Below are positions 49,271 through 58,558 of a stretch of 64,000 nucleotides of DNA, in pieces. Positions within the stretch are counted from its first letter, which is position 1. Each line of letters opens with the position of its first letter. The DNA is taken from the NCBI GenBank assembly GCA_963722075.1, contig CAVRJM010000001.1, positions 128,001 through 192,000 of the forward strand, given 5' to 3'. This stretch comes from Candidatus Babeliales bacterium. GTDB lineage: Bacteria > Babelota > Babeliae > Babelales > JANWKD01. The notes under the pieces are model-generated. The model was not told where the DNA came from, did not search any database, and saw only the letters and a program-made list of their open reading frames with translations. The position numbers and the translations under genes are program-made.

Positions 49271-49299
49271 TTGACAGGAATTGTTTATTTTTTCACAAT
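49271..49299 (+). promoter_or_regulatory. Sigma70 promoter
   Basis: TTGACA-N17-CACAAT upstream of the 49334 gene and pheT operon. Confidence 0.5.
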
Positions 49300-49333
49300 A
49301 AATCTATAATAAAGTGTTTTTTAAAAGGAAAAA

Positions 49334-49762
49334 ATGAAAAAAATTGCACTTCTAGGTATGCTCTTACTAGTATCTTCAGCTATACAAGCCGAAAATACTA
49401 CCGACTCAGCTATCCCTACACAAGAAATAACCAGTGATACTATTGATATGAATGGTTTTGTAGACCCTCTTATCGAGGGGTTATTAGCAGAAGAAGCAGA
49501 ACTATTTCTATTTACGGTAATGCGAATAAATCGCTTGGTGTTGCAGAAACAAATTAATGATAATGCGCAGCAACACAATCAGCAATTAGAAGAATTAGCA
49601 ATTCAAAATAAAGCGTTACAAGAAAGAGTGGCAGAATTAGAAGAAAAGGACGAGCAGAAAACAATAGTGATTGTTCAGATGAAATCGCAATTAAATTACT
49701 TGGGTACCAAGCTTGCGCAGTTTGAATATAAAAAAAATAGTGAAGGCATTATTGGTGGTTAA
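49334..49762 (+). CDS. Secreted coiled-coil hypothetical protein
   Basis: Signal peptide; heptad-rich C-terminus. Confidence 0.75.
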   Translation: MKKIALLGMLLLVSSAIQAENTTDSAIPTQEITSDTIDMNGFVDPLIEGLLAEEAELFLFTVMRINRLVLQKQINDNAQQHNQQLEELAIQNKALQERVAELEEKDEQKTIVIVQMKSQLNYLGTKLAQFEYKKNSEGIIGG

Positions 49763-49791
49763 GCGCCCTTTATAAAGGATATGGTTATTCA

Positions 49792-52128
49792 ATGAAATTA
49801 TCGCTCCGTTGGATTTTTGATCATTTAGCAACATCCTGGAAAGATCATTCTATTCCAGATCTCATTGCTCGTATTAATAATACCGTTGCAGAAGTAGAAT
49901 TATTTGAATTTTATGCGCTTGATTTTTCTCTATTCACCTTTATAAAGGTGACTGATATAGCGCCAGATAGCATTATTGGGTTTAGTGATGAATATAAGTT
50001 ATCTATAGCCCTTACTCCACGAGATGATATTCAAATGCACGAATGGTATTTAATAAAAAGGAGTAAGGAAAAATGGGTATGGGCGAGCGCAACAGATTTT
50101 AAAGCACAAAAAGAAGGATTGTTGCCAGCATTTACCATTCGGTTAGATGACATAGCAGGTCAATGGAAAAAAACAATCGAGCATGAAGATTATATTCTTA
50201 CGATCGCAAATACTTCTCTTACGCATCGGCCAGATTTATGGTCACATCGCGGGTTTGCACGTGAAATTGCCGTGATTTTGGGATGCGCATTACGCGATGA
50301 AAAGCATTTTTTAACCGATTATGTAATTAACGAAGAAAAAGGGCCTGAGCATACTACAAAAGCCGACCAGGTTGCCTTTGGTGTCTTAACTGCTCATGTT
50401 AAACGATTGGCAGGATTATATATTTCACGTATTCAAAATCAACCGTGTGTATTTGATATTGCCTATCGCTTGCTGCGGGTGGATGGCAAGCCTATTAATG
50501 CAATTGTTGATCTTACCAATTATGTTATGTACGATATCGGCCAGCCAATGCATGCCTTTGATGCAACAAAATTGGCGGCAAAAAAAATTATAGCTACGCA
50601 GGTAGCACAGGAACAACCATTGGTGTTATTAGATGGCCAAGAAATTATAATTTCTGAACATGATCTTGTTATTAGTGATGGCAAAAAAGCCGTAGCGCTA
50701 GCGGGCATTATGGGAGGAAAATCAAGTGCCATTGAGCGTACTACTAATTCCATAATAATAGAAGCAGCTACCTTTGATGCGGCAACGATTCGCAGAAGTT
50801 CGATGCATTTTAAAATACGTACTGAAGCATCAACTCGTTTTGAAAAATCGTTGGATGTTCATCAATTACCTAAAGCATTGTTACGATTTTTACATCTACT
50901 GGAAAAAAATAATATTTCATTTGAAGCTCAAGATCCTATTACGTGCATAGGGAATGTCGGTAAAGTAATCACTATCAATATTGAGCATGCATTTATTGAA
51001 AAAAAAATTGGTGCAGTTATTGAACAGCAGTTTGTGGTAAAAACATTAGAATCCTTGGGATTTAATGTAGAAATAATTCAAAAACCGCATCTGCATTATT
51101 TGGTTACGGTGCCACATTGGCGCGCTAAAGATGTAACGATTGCTGAAGACTTGGTAGAAGAAGTAGTACGTTTTTATGGGTATAATAATATTGTGTATCA
51201 ATTGCCGCAATTGCCAACTAAACCGATGCCGTATTTGCAGACGCAACGGCGCTATACTATTAAGCAGCTTCTTGCATTCCATGGATTAATGCGTGAAGTG
51301 TATAATTATGCGTTATATGATGATGAATTTCTTAACGTAATTTCTTGGCAACCACTATACGCATTATCATTACAAAATCCAATTTCTGAGCACATGACAC
51401 GGTTGGTTACCAGCTTAATACCGCACCTATTCAAAACTGTGTACCAAAATAAAAATTATCAAGATACATTACCGTTTTTTGAGTGTAATAAAATATGGCC
51501 AGCTACCATGCAATCGGGCACATTATCCTTTGGAGAGCAACAAAGCATAGCCGGCGTTTTTTATGATGAAAAAAAGCCAGTAGATTTTTATCAAAAAAAA
51601 CAAATTCTTACTGATATATTTGCAAGTTTAGGAATTTCTATACAATGGGCCAAAACCGATGCGGTGCTGCCACTATGGTACCATCCCTATAAAACGGCAA
51701 CACTTATGCATGACCAAACCGTTATTGGATGGGCTGGCTCGGTTAATCCTGGCTTTTTATCACGCTTTTTACCGGGTGATGCATTTATTTTTGAATTAAA
51801 TGCTGATCAATTAGTAGCAATACCGCCTAAACTGGTTACCATGGCGCCACTTGCAAAATACCAAGATACCTGGCGCGATATTAGTATGTTCATACCCGCG
51901 GTACTATCATTTGATCAGGTTGTACGTACCATAAAAGCTGTTTCGCCACTGATTTTTGATGTTGCATTGATAGACTTTTTTCAAAAGCCTGAATGGCTGG
52001 ATAAACGTGCAATGACGGTACGCTTTTTTGCGCGAGATCCTCATAAAACCTTAACAACAGAAGAAATTGATCAATTGTATCATCAGATTGTGCAAAGCCT
52101 GACACCGTATCAGGTGGAAATAAGATGA
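49792..52128 (+). CDS. pheT: Phenylalanine--tRNA ligase beta subunit
   Basis: HRPDLWSHRGFARE, GQPMHAFD, DLVEEVVRFYGY, FDX-ACB C-terminus. Confidence 0.95.
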   Translation: MKLSLRWIFDHLATSWKDHSIPDLIARINNTVAEVELFEFYALDFSLFTFIKVTDIAPDSIIGFSDEYKLSIALTPRDDIQMHEWYLIKRSKEKWVWASATDFKAQKEGLLPAFTIRLDDIAGQWKKTIEHEDYILTIANTSLTHRPDLWSHRGFAREIAVILGCALRDEKHFLTDYVINEEKGPEHTTKADQVAFGVLTAHVKRLAGLYISRIQNQPCVFDIAYRLLRVDGKPINAIVDLTNYVMYDIGQPMHAFDATKLAAKKIIATQVAQEQPLVLLDGQEIIISEHDLVISDGKKAVALAGIMGGKSSAIERTTNSIIIEAATFDAATIRRSSMHFKIRTEASTRFEKSLDVHQLPKALLRFLHLLEKNNISFEAQDPITCIGNVGKVITINIEHAFIEKKIGAVIEQQFVVKTLESLGFNVEIIQKPHLHYLVTVPHWRAKDVTIAEDLVEEVVRFYGYNNIVYQLPQLPTKPMPYLQTQRRYTIKQLLAFHGLMREVYNYALYDDEFLNVISWQPLYALSLQNPISEHMTRLVTSLIPHLFKTVYQNKNYQDTLPFFECNKIWPATMQSGTLSFGEQQSIAGVFYDEKKPVDFYQKKQILTDIFASLGISIQWAKTDAVLPLWYHPYKTATLMHDQTVIGWAGSVNPGFLSRFLPGDAFIFELNADQLVAIPPKLVTMAPLAKYQDTWRDISMFIPAVLSFDQVVRTIKAVSPLIFDVALIDFFQKPEWLDKRAMTVRFFARDPHKTLTTEEIDQLYHQIVQSLTPYQVEIR

Positions 52129-52583
52129 AAAAGAGTACCGGTCTCCTACTATATGGATTTGTTTTTATGGCAATTCTATGTATTGATCGAGTAACTAAAC
52201 TATTTGCACAAATGGTTGGTGATTGGGTGGTTATTCCCCATTTTTTGAGGATGTACCTCGTATATAATCGCGGCGTTTCTTGGAGTTTTTTTCATTCAGA
52301 TAATAATACGGTATTTATGTGGTTAACGTTTGTTATCGTGTTGTTTATTGTCATTTTTTTTGCTTACACGATCCATCGTTGGCAAAATCAGGCACTGATC
52401 CTGGGTGAAGTAATGGTTCTTGCTGGCGCATTATCTAATGTAGTTGATCGCTTCCTGTATGGAGGCGTTATAGATTTTATACTCATGTCATATTATTCCT
52501 GGTCCTGGCCCATTTTTAATGCGGCGGATGTTTTTATTGTAATGGGATTAATAATAATGGTTGTAAGTGAGCTATTTATTTAA
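52125..52583 (+). CDS. lspA: Signal peptidase II
   Basis: NRGVSW, GALSNVVDR, VIDFI, FNAAD. Confidence 0.95.
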   Translation: MKKSTGLLLYGFVFMAILCIDRVTKLFAQMVGDWVVIPHFLRMYLVYNRGVSWSFFHSDNNTVFMWLTFVIVLFIVIFFAYTIHRWQNQALILGEVMVLAGALSNVVDRFLYGGVIDFILMSYYSWSWPIFNAADVFIVMGLIIMVVSELFI

Positions 52584-53020
52584 TGAAACGATTATTACTA
52601 TATTATGCAACATTAGGACCCATTGGTTATCAACGAGCGTCTGGAACGGTTGCTAGTTTATGTACTATGGTATGCTTATTTTGTATACCAGCGATAGGAA
52701 CGGGTTGGTATTTACTCATTTGTAGCATGCTATATCTTATTTCACATGTTATTATAAAAAATGTATTGAAGCATTTTCAAAACGAAGACCCCTCTGAGAT
52801 TGTCATTGATGAGCTGGTAGGATCCTTGGTTACTTTTTATGGTGTTTCCTTCTCTGCATCATCATTAATTTTGGGGTTTTTGTTATTTCGTTTTTTTGAT
52901 ATATCAAAAGTATGGCCCATAAATATGGTAGAAAAATTTGGCGGGCCGACTGGTATTATGCTTGATGATATTATTGCCGGAATATTCAGTAATCTTATTT
53001 TAAAAATTCTTTTTATATGA
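52583..53020 (+). CDS. pgpA: Phosphatidylglycerophosphatase A
   Basis: DPSEIVIDE, FRFFDI, GIMLDD. Confidence 0.93.
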   Translation: MKRLLLYYATLGPIGYQRASGTVASLCTMVCLFCIPAIGTGWYLLICSMLYLISHVIIKNVLKHFQNEDPSEIVIDELVGSLVTFYGVSFSASSLILGFLLFRFFDISKVWPINMVEKFGGPTGIMLDDIIAGIFSNLILKILFI

Positions 53021-53679
53021 ATAAGCAGCACGTGATCGTAAGATCTCTTTTAAATATGGTGGTACCCCGTTTTTGCAATAATTGTGGTTGTTGGCTGACT
53101 GAACGTACTATTTTGTGTGCACCATGCACGGATGTTATAAATCCCGTTGTATCCAAAGAACTATTCATCACCTCGACCGCTTCCATGCACGTATATGCCG
53201 TATCTGATTATGCGTATCCGTTAAAATCGTTAATTTTAGCCAAATCCCATGGTAATCGAGTTGCCAGTATGCATTTAGGTCATCTGCTCTGGCAGATGAG
53301 CACAATTAGCACAATGGATTTTGATATTATAGTCCCCATTCCGCTTCATTGGACTCGGTATGCGTACCGGGGGTACAATCAAGCTGAAGTATTAGCACAA
53401 GTGCTTGCCCGCTATAGCAAAAAGCCGGTAGTTAATTTACTCAAGCGAACCAAGCGCACCATATTTCAATCAAAGCTACCGTTGAAGCAACGCGCTGAAA
53501 ATGTAAAAAATGTATTTAAAATGGTATCAGTGACCGATCACCATGATTATTATGGAAAGAAGATTCTATTGGTTGATGATTTGATGACCACTGGATCAAC
53601 CTTTAAATACGCAGCGCGAGAACTATTAGCATTAAAACCAGCATCAATTGCAGGGGTGGTTGCCTGTAGAGTTGTATAG
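53017..53679 (+). CDS. comF: ComF family phosphoribosyltransferase-like protein
   Basis: N-terminal CxxC..CxxC, RGYNQ, LVDDLMTTGST. Confidence 0.9.
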   Translation: MNKQHVIVRSLLNMVVPRFCNNCGCWLTERTILCAPCTDVINPVVSKELFITSTASMHVYAVSDYAYPLKSLILAKSHGNRVASMHLGHLLWQMSTISTMDFDIIVPIPLHWTRYAYRGYNQAEVLAQVLARYSKKPVVNLLKRTKRTIFQSKLPLKQRAENVKNVFKMVSVTDHHDYYGKKILLVDDLMTTGSTFKYAARELLALKPASIAGVVACRVV

Positions 53680-53772
53680 GTTGTTTTTGCAACATTTGGG
53701 TTTCTATGGTAGGATTTTTAAAAGGAAAAATATATGTATAAAATACTTATTAAACCAAAAAGGGAATACCCA

Positions 53773-54858
53773 ATGAATAAACGTATGTTTGCCAGCTCCA
53801 TATTAGTAATGGGTGCGCTTGTTTTATTGCCTAATTGTGAATTATCTAAATCTGGCGAATCAGCGGCGCCAGCTGCTGCCCATGAAAAATCGGTGCCAGG
53901 GGCTCCTGCACCAGCAGTTTCTAAACCAGCGCCTTCAGGCCCACAAGGGGAAATTCTGTTGACCTTATATGATCAAAAAGTTCCAAAAGTTACCGTAACG
54001 GATTTTCAAAATTATAAAAAAGAGCTTTTAGAAGCACAACCTAACTATGCTTCCATTATTGAATTTATGCCGGGTGCTAATGAGCAGATTTTTGAAAGCC
54101 TCGTGAATGAAGCGATCCTTGAAGAATGGGCGGATAAGAACCATATCGCGCAAACCAAGGAATATAAAGAAGATCTTGATAAAATTATGAAATATGCGCA
54201 TCGCAGCTTGAACGTTAAATACTTCCAAGAAAAACATCCAGTAACCGTTACTGATGCAGAAATCAAAAAATATTATGACGAAAACAAAAATAATATTCCA
54301 CAATTAATTGTTTCTCCTGGTGGCGTAACTGCTAAAGCGGTTATGTTTGATACCAAAGCAGCAGCACAGGCTTTCTATGATAAGGTGAAAGATCCTAAAT
54401 CTAATTTTGATGCAATGGCTAAAGAAACAAACGCAGCGGTAAAAGATCTTGGCGAAGTAAATAACCAAAGCTTTGAAGTGGATAGCGCTGTTCGCAAAAC
54501 CTTAATGGATGCAAAAAGATTCCCAGCGGTTGATCTTGTTGAAATCAGTGATAAATCATTTGCCGTAGTTAAAGCATTAAGCAAAAAAGATGCGCAATAT
54601 GTTCCATTTGACCAAGTTAAGCCAGGCATTGAAAACTTGTTAAAACAACAAAAAGCTGCTGAAGTATTAACTAAAGAACTTGATAAACTCAAAAAGGAAT
54701 ACAAGGCAAACGTTAACAAAGAATATTTCGAACGTGAACGTAAAGTACAAGAAGAGCATGCTCAAAAGGCAGCCGCTTCTATGAAAAAAGAACTTGGTGA
54801 ACCTACCAAAGGTGAAGAAGAAAAAAAACCAGCACCCAAGCCAATGAAAGCTGCTTAA
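53773..54858 (+). CDS. PrsA/PpiC-like foldase, probable lipoprotein
   Basis: Signal with Cys; SurA-like N-domain VTDAEIKKYY; degenerate parvulin domain. Confidence 0.75.
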   Translation: MNKRMFASSILVMGALVLLPNCELSKSGESAAPAAAHEKSVPGAPAPAVSKPAPSGPQGEILLTLYDQKVPKVTVTDFQNYKKELLEAQPNYASIIEFMPGANEQIFESLVNEAILEEWADKNHIAQTKEYKEDLDKIMKYAHRSLNVKYFQEKHPVTVTDAEIKKYYDENKNNIPQLIVSPGGVTAKAVMFDTKAAAQAFYDKVKDPKSNFDAMAKETNAAVKDLGEVNNQSFEVDSAVRKTLMDAKRFPAVDLVEISDKSFAVVKALSKKDAQYVPFDQVKPGIENLLKQQKAAEVLTKELDKLKKEYKANVNKEYFERERKVQEEHAQKAAASMKKELGEPTKGEEEKKPAPKPMKAA

Positions 54859-54880
54859 GGATTTGATTTAATTTTTATAA

Positions 54881-55113
54881 CTGGATTCTCATCCGTCTTC
54901 GTTAAAACTACGCCGGACAAGCGACCTAATTAAGCCTGACTGGATGTGGGGACTGTGTCCGCCGAAGTTTTTTACTCAATAGTAATTAACTAAGGAAATC
55001 AACGAAGGCGGATCCAGTGAATAAATAAAAAGCCTTTATTCTTTAAAACTGGATTGCTTCGTAACTCATGTCCGCCGAAGCCAACCGGGCGAAGGCTGGA
55101 TCGACTATGGCAT
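54881..55113. repeat. Mosaic cluster of both repeat modules
   Basis: ctggattctca + tccgtcttcg..cggacaag; tccgccgaag..cgaaggcggatccag; ctggattgcttc + tccgccgaag..cgaaggctgga. Confidence 0.75.
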
Positions 55114-55190
55114 TTTCTTGTTTAGTACGATCTATTTGAAAAAGAAGGGACACGTGTAATTATGATTCTTACATTATATGGGGTTTTCTT

Positions 55191-56111
55191 ATGAAAAAAT
55201 TATGGCCAATTCTCTACATTTTTTCTCTCTGCTTTTATATAAATGTAACAAGTGCAGTTGTTATGGATGTATTAAAGGATAAAGAGTTATTTGATATTAA
55301 TAGCGTAGTGGTAACGGTTGATGGTCCCGAACGCAAGCGCTATATTTGTAAATCAGAATTAATGCGTGTTGGTATTGATGGTAGAAAACCATCAGTGGAA
55401 GATTTAATTACTGAAGAACTTGCCTTGCAAGATGCCATTAAACATAAGATACCGGTTGAGGATTTTGCTGATCGTTACATCGCTTCAATAAAAAAAGCGC
55501 ATAACGTTAATGATCGTGAAGTTGATCGTATCTTTGAAGCCGCTGGACTTACTCCTGATGAAGGGCGTGCTAAGTTGCAAGCAATGGGTGCGCATAATAC
55601 CATGATTGATATGAAGGTAAAAGCACGGATTTTTGTTCCCCAACAAGAAATCGAAGAGTATGCTAAAAATAATCCCCTCTATAAAGAACCAAAATATCAA
55701 TTAGAAGTAGCGATTGTTCCATTTTTTTCCTTTGATCGAAAAAAACAAGAAGAACAATTCCAGTTTCTGATTGAGCAAGCCAAAGAAGGGCAATTAGATG
55801 TGATATGGGGTGCTCCCTTTTGGTTGAAAAAAAGCGATATTGCTGATGATAAACAATTTATACTCACCATGCAGGTGGGCGAGGTTTCGTTACCGCAACC
55901 TGGCAATGCTGGTTTTGAATTTTGCCGTTTAAAAAATAAAAAACCTGAAAAGCTTATTCCTTTAGAAAAAAGATTTAGAACGATTCTCGATGAATTGCGT
56001 GAACCAAAATTTAAGGGAATGTTTGATAGCTATATCAATGATCTTTTAACCAATGCAGCCATTATTTACCCAGAAGCTGATTGTTCTGGCGGAGACACCG
56101 GCCGGGCTTGA
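55191..56111 (+). CDS. SurA-like periplasmic chaperone
   Basis: Signal peptide, SurA N-domain pattern, degenerate parvulin (GEVSLP). Confidence 0.65.
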   Translation: MKKLWPILYIFSLCFYINVTSAVVMDVLKDKELFDINSVVVTVDGPERKRYICKSELMRVGIDGRKPSVEDLITEELALQDAIKHKIPVEDFADRYIASIKKAHNVNDREVDRIFEAAGLTPDEGRAKLQAMGAHNTMIDMKVKARIFVPQQEIEEYAKNNPLYKEPKYQLEVAIVPFFSFDRKKQEEQFQFLIEQAKEGQLDVIWGAPFWLKKSDIADDKQFILTMQVGEVSLPQPGNAGFEFCRLKNKKPEKLIPLEKRFRTILDELREPKFKGMFDSYINDLLTNAAIIYPEADCSGGDTGRA

Positions 56112-57439
56112 GGACCATATAATACATAATGCTGCGCATGTGGGAAACCTTGTGCTGCCAATTTATTCATAAGAGCAATGCCAATAGTTTGTTTGGCTGG
56201 TTTATGTTCGATATATAAACGTGCAATAAGATAAGAAGCCGTTTGATGATGATTTCTATGTGCTTGCTTGAGTAGCTTATATCCGACTTTTTGGTTGAAT
56301 GCTCCTGGTTGATTAAGATGATGGATCGCTAATTCATATTGCGCATCAGAATCTTTTTGGCCAGCTGCTATCTCTAAGTAAAAAAGCCCTAAGGAAATAT
56401 CTTGATCAAGATACGTGCCCTTTAATAGATGGGTTCCGTATTCACGGTAAGCAGGCATATGCTGTTGTGCCACTGCTTCTTGAAAAAATTTTTTTGCTTT
56501 TTCTTTATTTTGGGGAAGGTATCTATTGGTACAATAATAACGTCCCATAAGGCATTGAGCAGGAGCAAATCCTATGCATGCTGCATTATGTATTAATTTG
56601 ATACCTTTTTTTATATCAAATGGGACTCCGTTACCCTGCAAATATAAAACACCCAGACTATTTTGAGCATATAAACAGCCTAATTGGGTGGCCTTTTCAT
56701 AATAGAACGTTGCGTGATTGTAATTTTGCTTTACGAAGTTATTTTCAGTTTCATATAATAAGCCCAAATAAAAAGCTGCGGTAGCAAAATCTGATTTCGC
56801 TGCTTGTTTCATAAGCTCGAGTGCTTGTTTTATGTTTTTTATTTGACCAAAGCCATATAAGTAACAGAGCCCTAATGAAAATGTGGCAGGAATTGAACCC
56901 ATCATTTGAGCTTTATTATAACAGCTTTGGGCTTTGAATTCATCATTTTTATATTCATACAGTTTACCAAGCAAATAAAGTGCCCGATGATCCGATTTTG
57001 CTTTTTCTAAATAAGCAATACCTAGTTGTTCATTAATAGATTCTATATCCGTTATTTTTTTAATTAAATAATAAATACCCCAAAATAAATAATCTGAAGG
57101 GCTAACGGGTGATCTTTGCTCAAAAAATGAAAAATCTATTTGATCCCACCGCATATTTTTAAAGGGATCGCTTGGGGTTTGGTAGGCATCAGCATCATCA
57201 AGAAATTTGTTATAGGTTGCGTAGTAAATAAGCGTTTGGAGGGCCTGTGGATTGCTGTTAGCATGTGCAATTAATAGTGGAATGACGGGAAAAATATCTT
57301 TCAAATTAATGGAAGGGGTATGGTAATGGGAAGCAATAAGATGTGTTGGATCCTCATGAGTTAGTTTCCCAATGAGTGGCGGTTTCATAGAATATAATGC
57401 AGTATTTATAAATACTATAAATATTAATAATAGAAACAT
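56066..57439 (-). CDS. Sel1-repeat protein, secreted
   Basis: Repeats such as AQNSLGVLYLQGNGV and AAFYLGLLYE. Confidence 0.9.
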   Translation of the reverse strand: MFLLLIFIVFINTALYSMKPPLIGKLTHEDPTHLIASHYHTPSINLKDIFPVIPLLIAHANSNPQALQTLIYYATYNKFLDDADAYQTPSDPFKNMRWDQIDFSFFEQRSPVSPSDYLFWGIYYLIKKITDIESINEQLGIAYLEKAKSDHRALYLLGKLYEYKNDEFKAQSCYNKAQMMGSIPATFSLGLCYLYGFGQIKNIKQALELMKQAAKSDFATAAFYLGLLYETENNFVKQNYNHATFYYEKATQLGCLYAQNSLGVLYLQGNGVPFDIKKGIKLIHNAACIGFAPAQCLMGRYYCTNRYLPQNKEKAKKFFQEAVAQQHMPAYREYGTHLLKGTYLDQDISLGLFYLEIAAGQKDSDAQYELAIHHLNQPGAFNQKVGYKLLKQAHRNHHQTASYLIARLYIEHKPAKQTIGIALMNKLAAQGFPHAQHYVLYGPQARPVSPPEQSASG

Positions 57440-57589
57440 GTCCCTTTCCCCTTTACGAGTTTCATCTGTTACTATATCAAAATAGATTTTGGTAATTAAA
57501 GAATTAAAAGCAAAAAGTGAATAATTGCATTTATTTATAATAGGTTACTATAATGCAGATGGTTTTGAATTAAATTAAGAGGAATTTGT

Positions 57590-58558
57590 ATGAAACATGG
57601 ATTGTTGTTATTACTTTTTTTACCCGGCATTGTTAATGGAATGTTAGAATTAGAAAACGGGCTTAAGCAGCTAAAATCAAAATTATCAACGCTTGATAGG
57701 CAAATGCATGCATTTTATACCGCGCCGATAGCTACAAAACCTGCAAAACCACCGATGCCTATTATCTCAGAACCAATAATTGCTAAAAAACCGGAACCCC
57801 AAAGTATCAGTGCTCCTCTAAAACGGCTTACTTCTATACAATATAATGATTTAAAAAAGGTGATAGAAGAAGAATCTAAAGAAGATGGTTGTTGGAATTA
57901 TAATTTAAATACCTATCCAGTTATCCAGGAACTTGAAAAAGAATTGGGGCTTTCTCAATTTATTTTTTCATGCCTTGGTAAATATATTATGATTTCCAGC
58001 CGTACCATGATGCGTGGGAACCGTGAATTATTCTCTATTGATGAGGTGAGGACTGAATTAAATAGTTACCGTTTTGATAAGGTAACCAAAGAGTATAAAA
58101 TTCATCTTATGCCTAAATCGGGTGAAGATTTACTCCTTATCATTGAGCGTTTGCTCAAAGAAATTCAATCGAATGATCAACTGCAAAATTCGCTTGTTGA
58201 AATTAAATTTAAAACGCCTGATTATCAAGAATTAAAGGAGCGATTAAAAAAACTGAAAAGCGGTAGTAAAAAAGTTAAGCCTATTATTGTTATATATCCA
58301 GGTAGCAGTAAAAAAGATGCGCAAACGGTGTTAAATAGTGTGTATAAATTATTTGGCACTATGGAAGGGCTTGATATGGCACCGCGATTTAATGAAAAAA
58401 TTACCTCGTTAATATATTATGCACAAAGCCATGGCGATATAAAAAGAGGTAATGAGTTTGATGAATTTTTTACTGAAGATAAGAAATTCTTCAAACCGGA
58501 TGTAGAAGGCAAAGGATACGATATTGATTATCGCTTACAAAATCCCGCTGCACATTAA
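57590..58558 (+). CDS. Secreted hypothetical protein, possible phosphoSer/Thr lyase-like fold
   Basis: Signal peptide; YKIHLMP..IKFK..IVIYP..IYYAQ. Confidence 0.7.
   Translation: MKHGLLLLLFLPGIVNGMLELENGLKQLKSKLSTLDRQMHAFYTAPIATKPAKPPMPIISEPIIAKKPEPQSISAPLKRLTSIQYNDLKKVIEEESKEDGCWNYNLNTYPVIQELEKELGLSQFIFSCLGKYIMISSRTMMRGNRELFSIDEVRTELNSYRFDKVTKEYKIHLMPKSGEDLLLIIERLLKEIQSNDQLQNSLVEIKFKTPDYQELKERLKKLKSGSKKVKPIIVIYPGSSKKDAQTVLNSVYKLFGTMEGLDMAPRFNEKITSLIYYAQSHGDIKRGNEFDEFFTEDKKFFKPDVEGKGYDIDYRLQNPAAH

Noticed and set aside
56066..56111. 46-bp convergent overlap of the SurA-like and Sel1 genes as antisense regulation
   Set aside because: Short 3' overlaps are common in compact genomes; no further evidence
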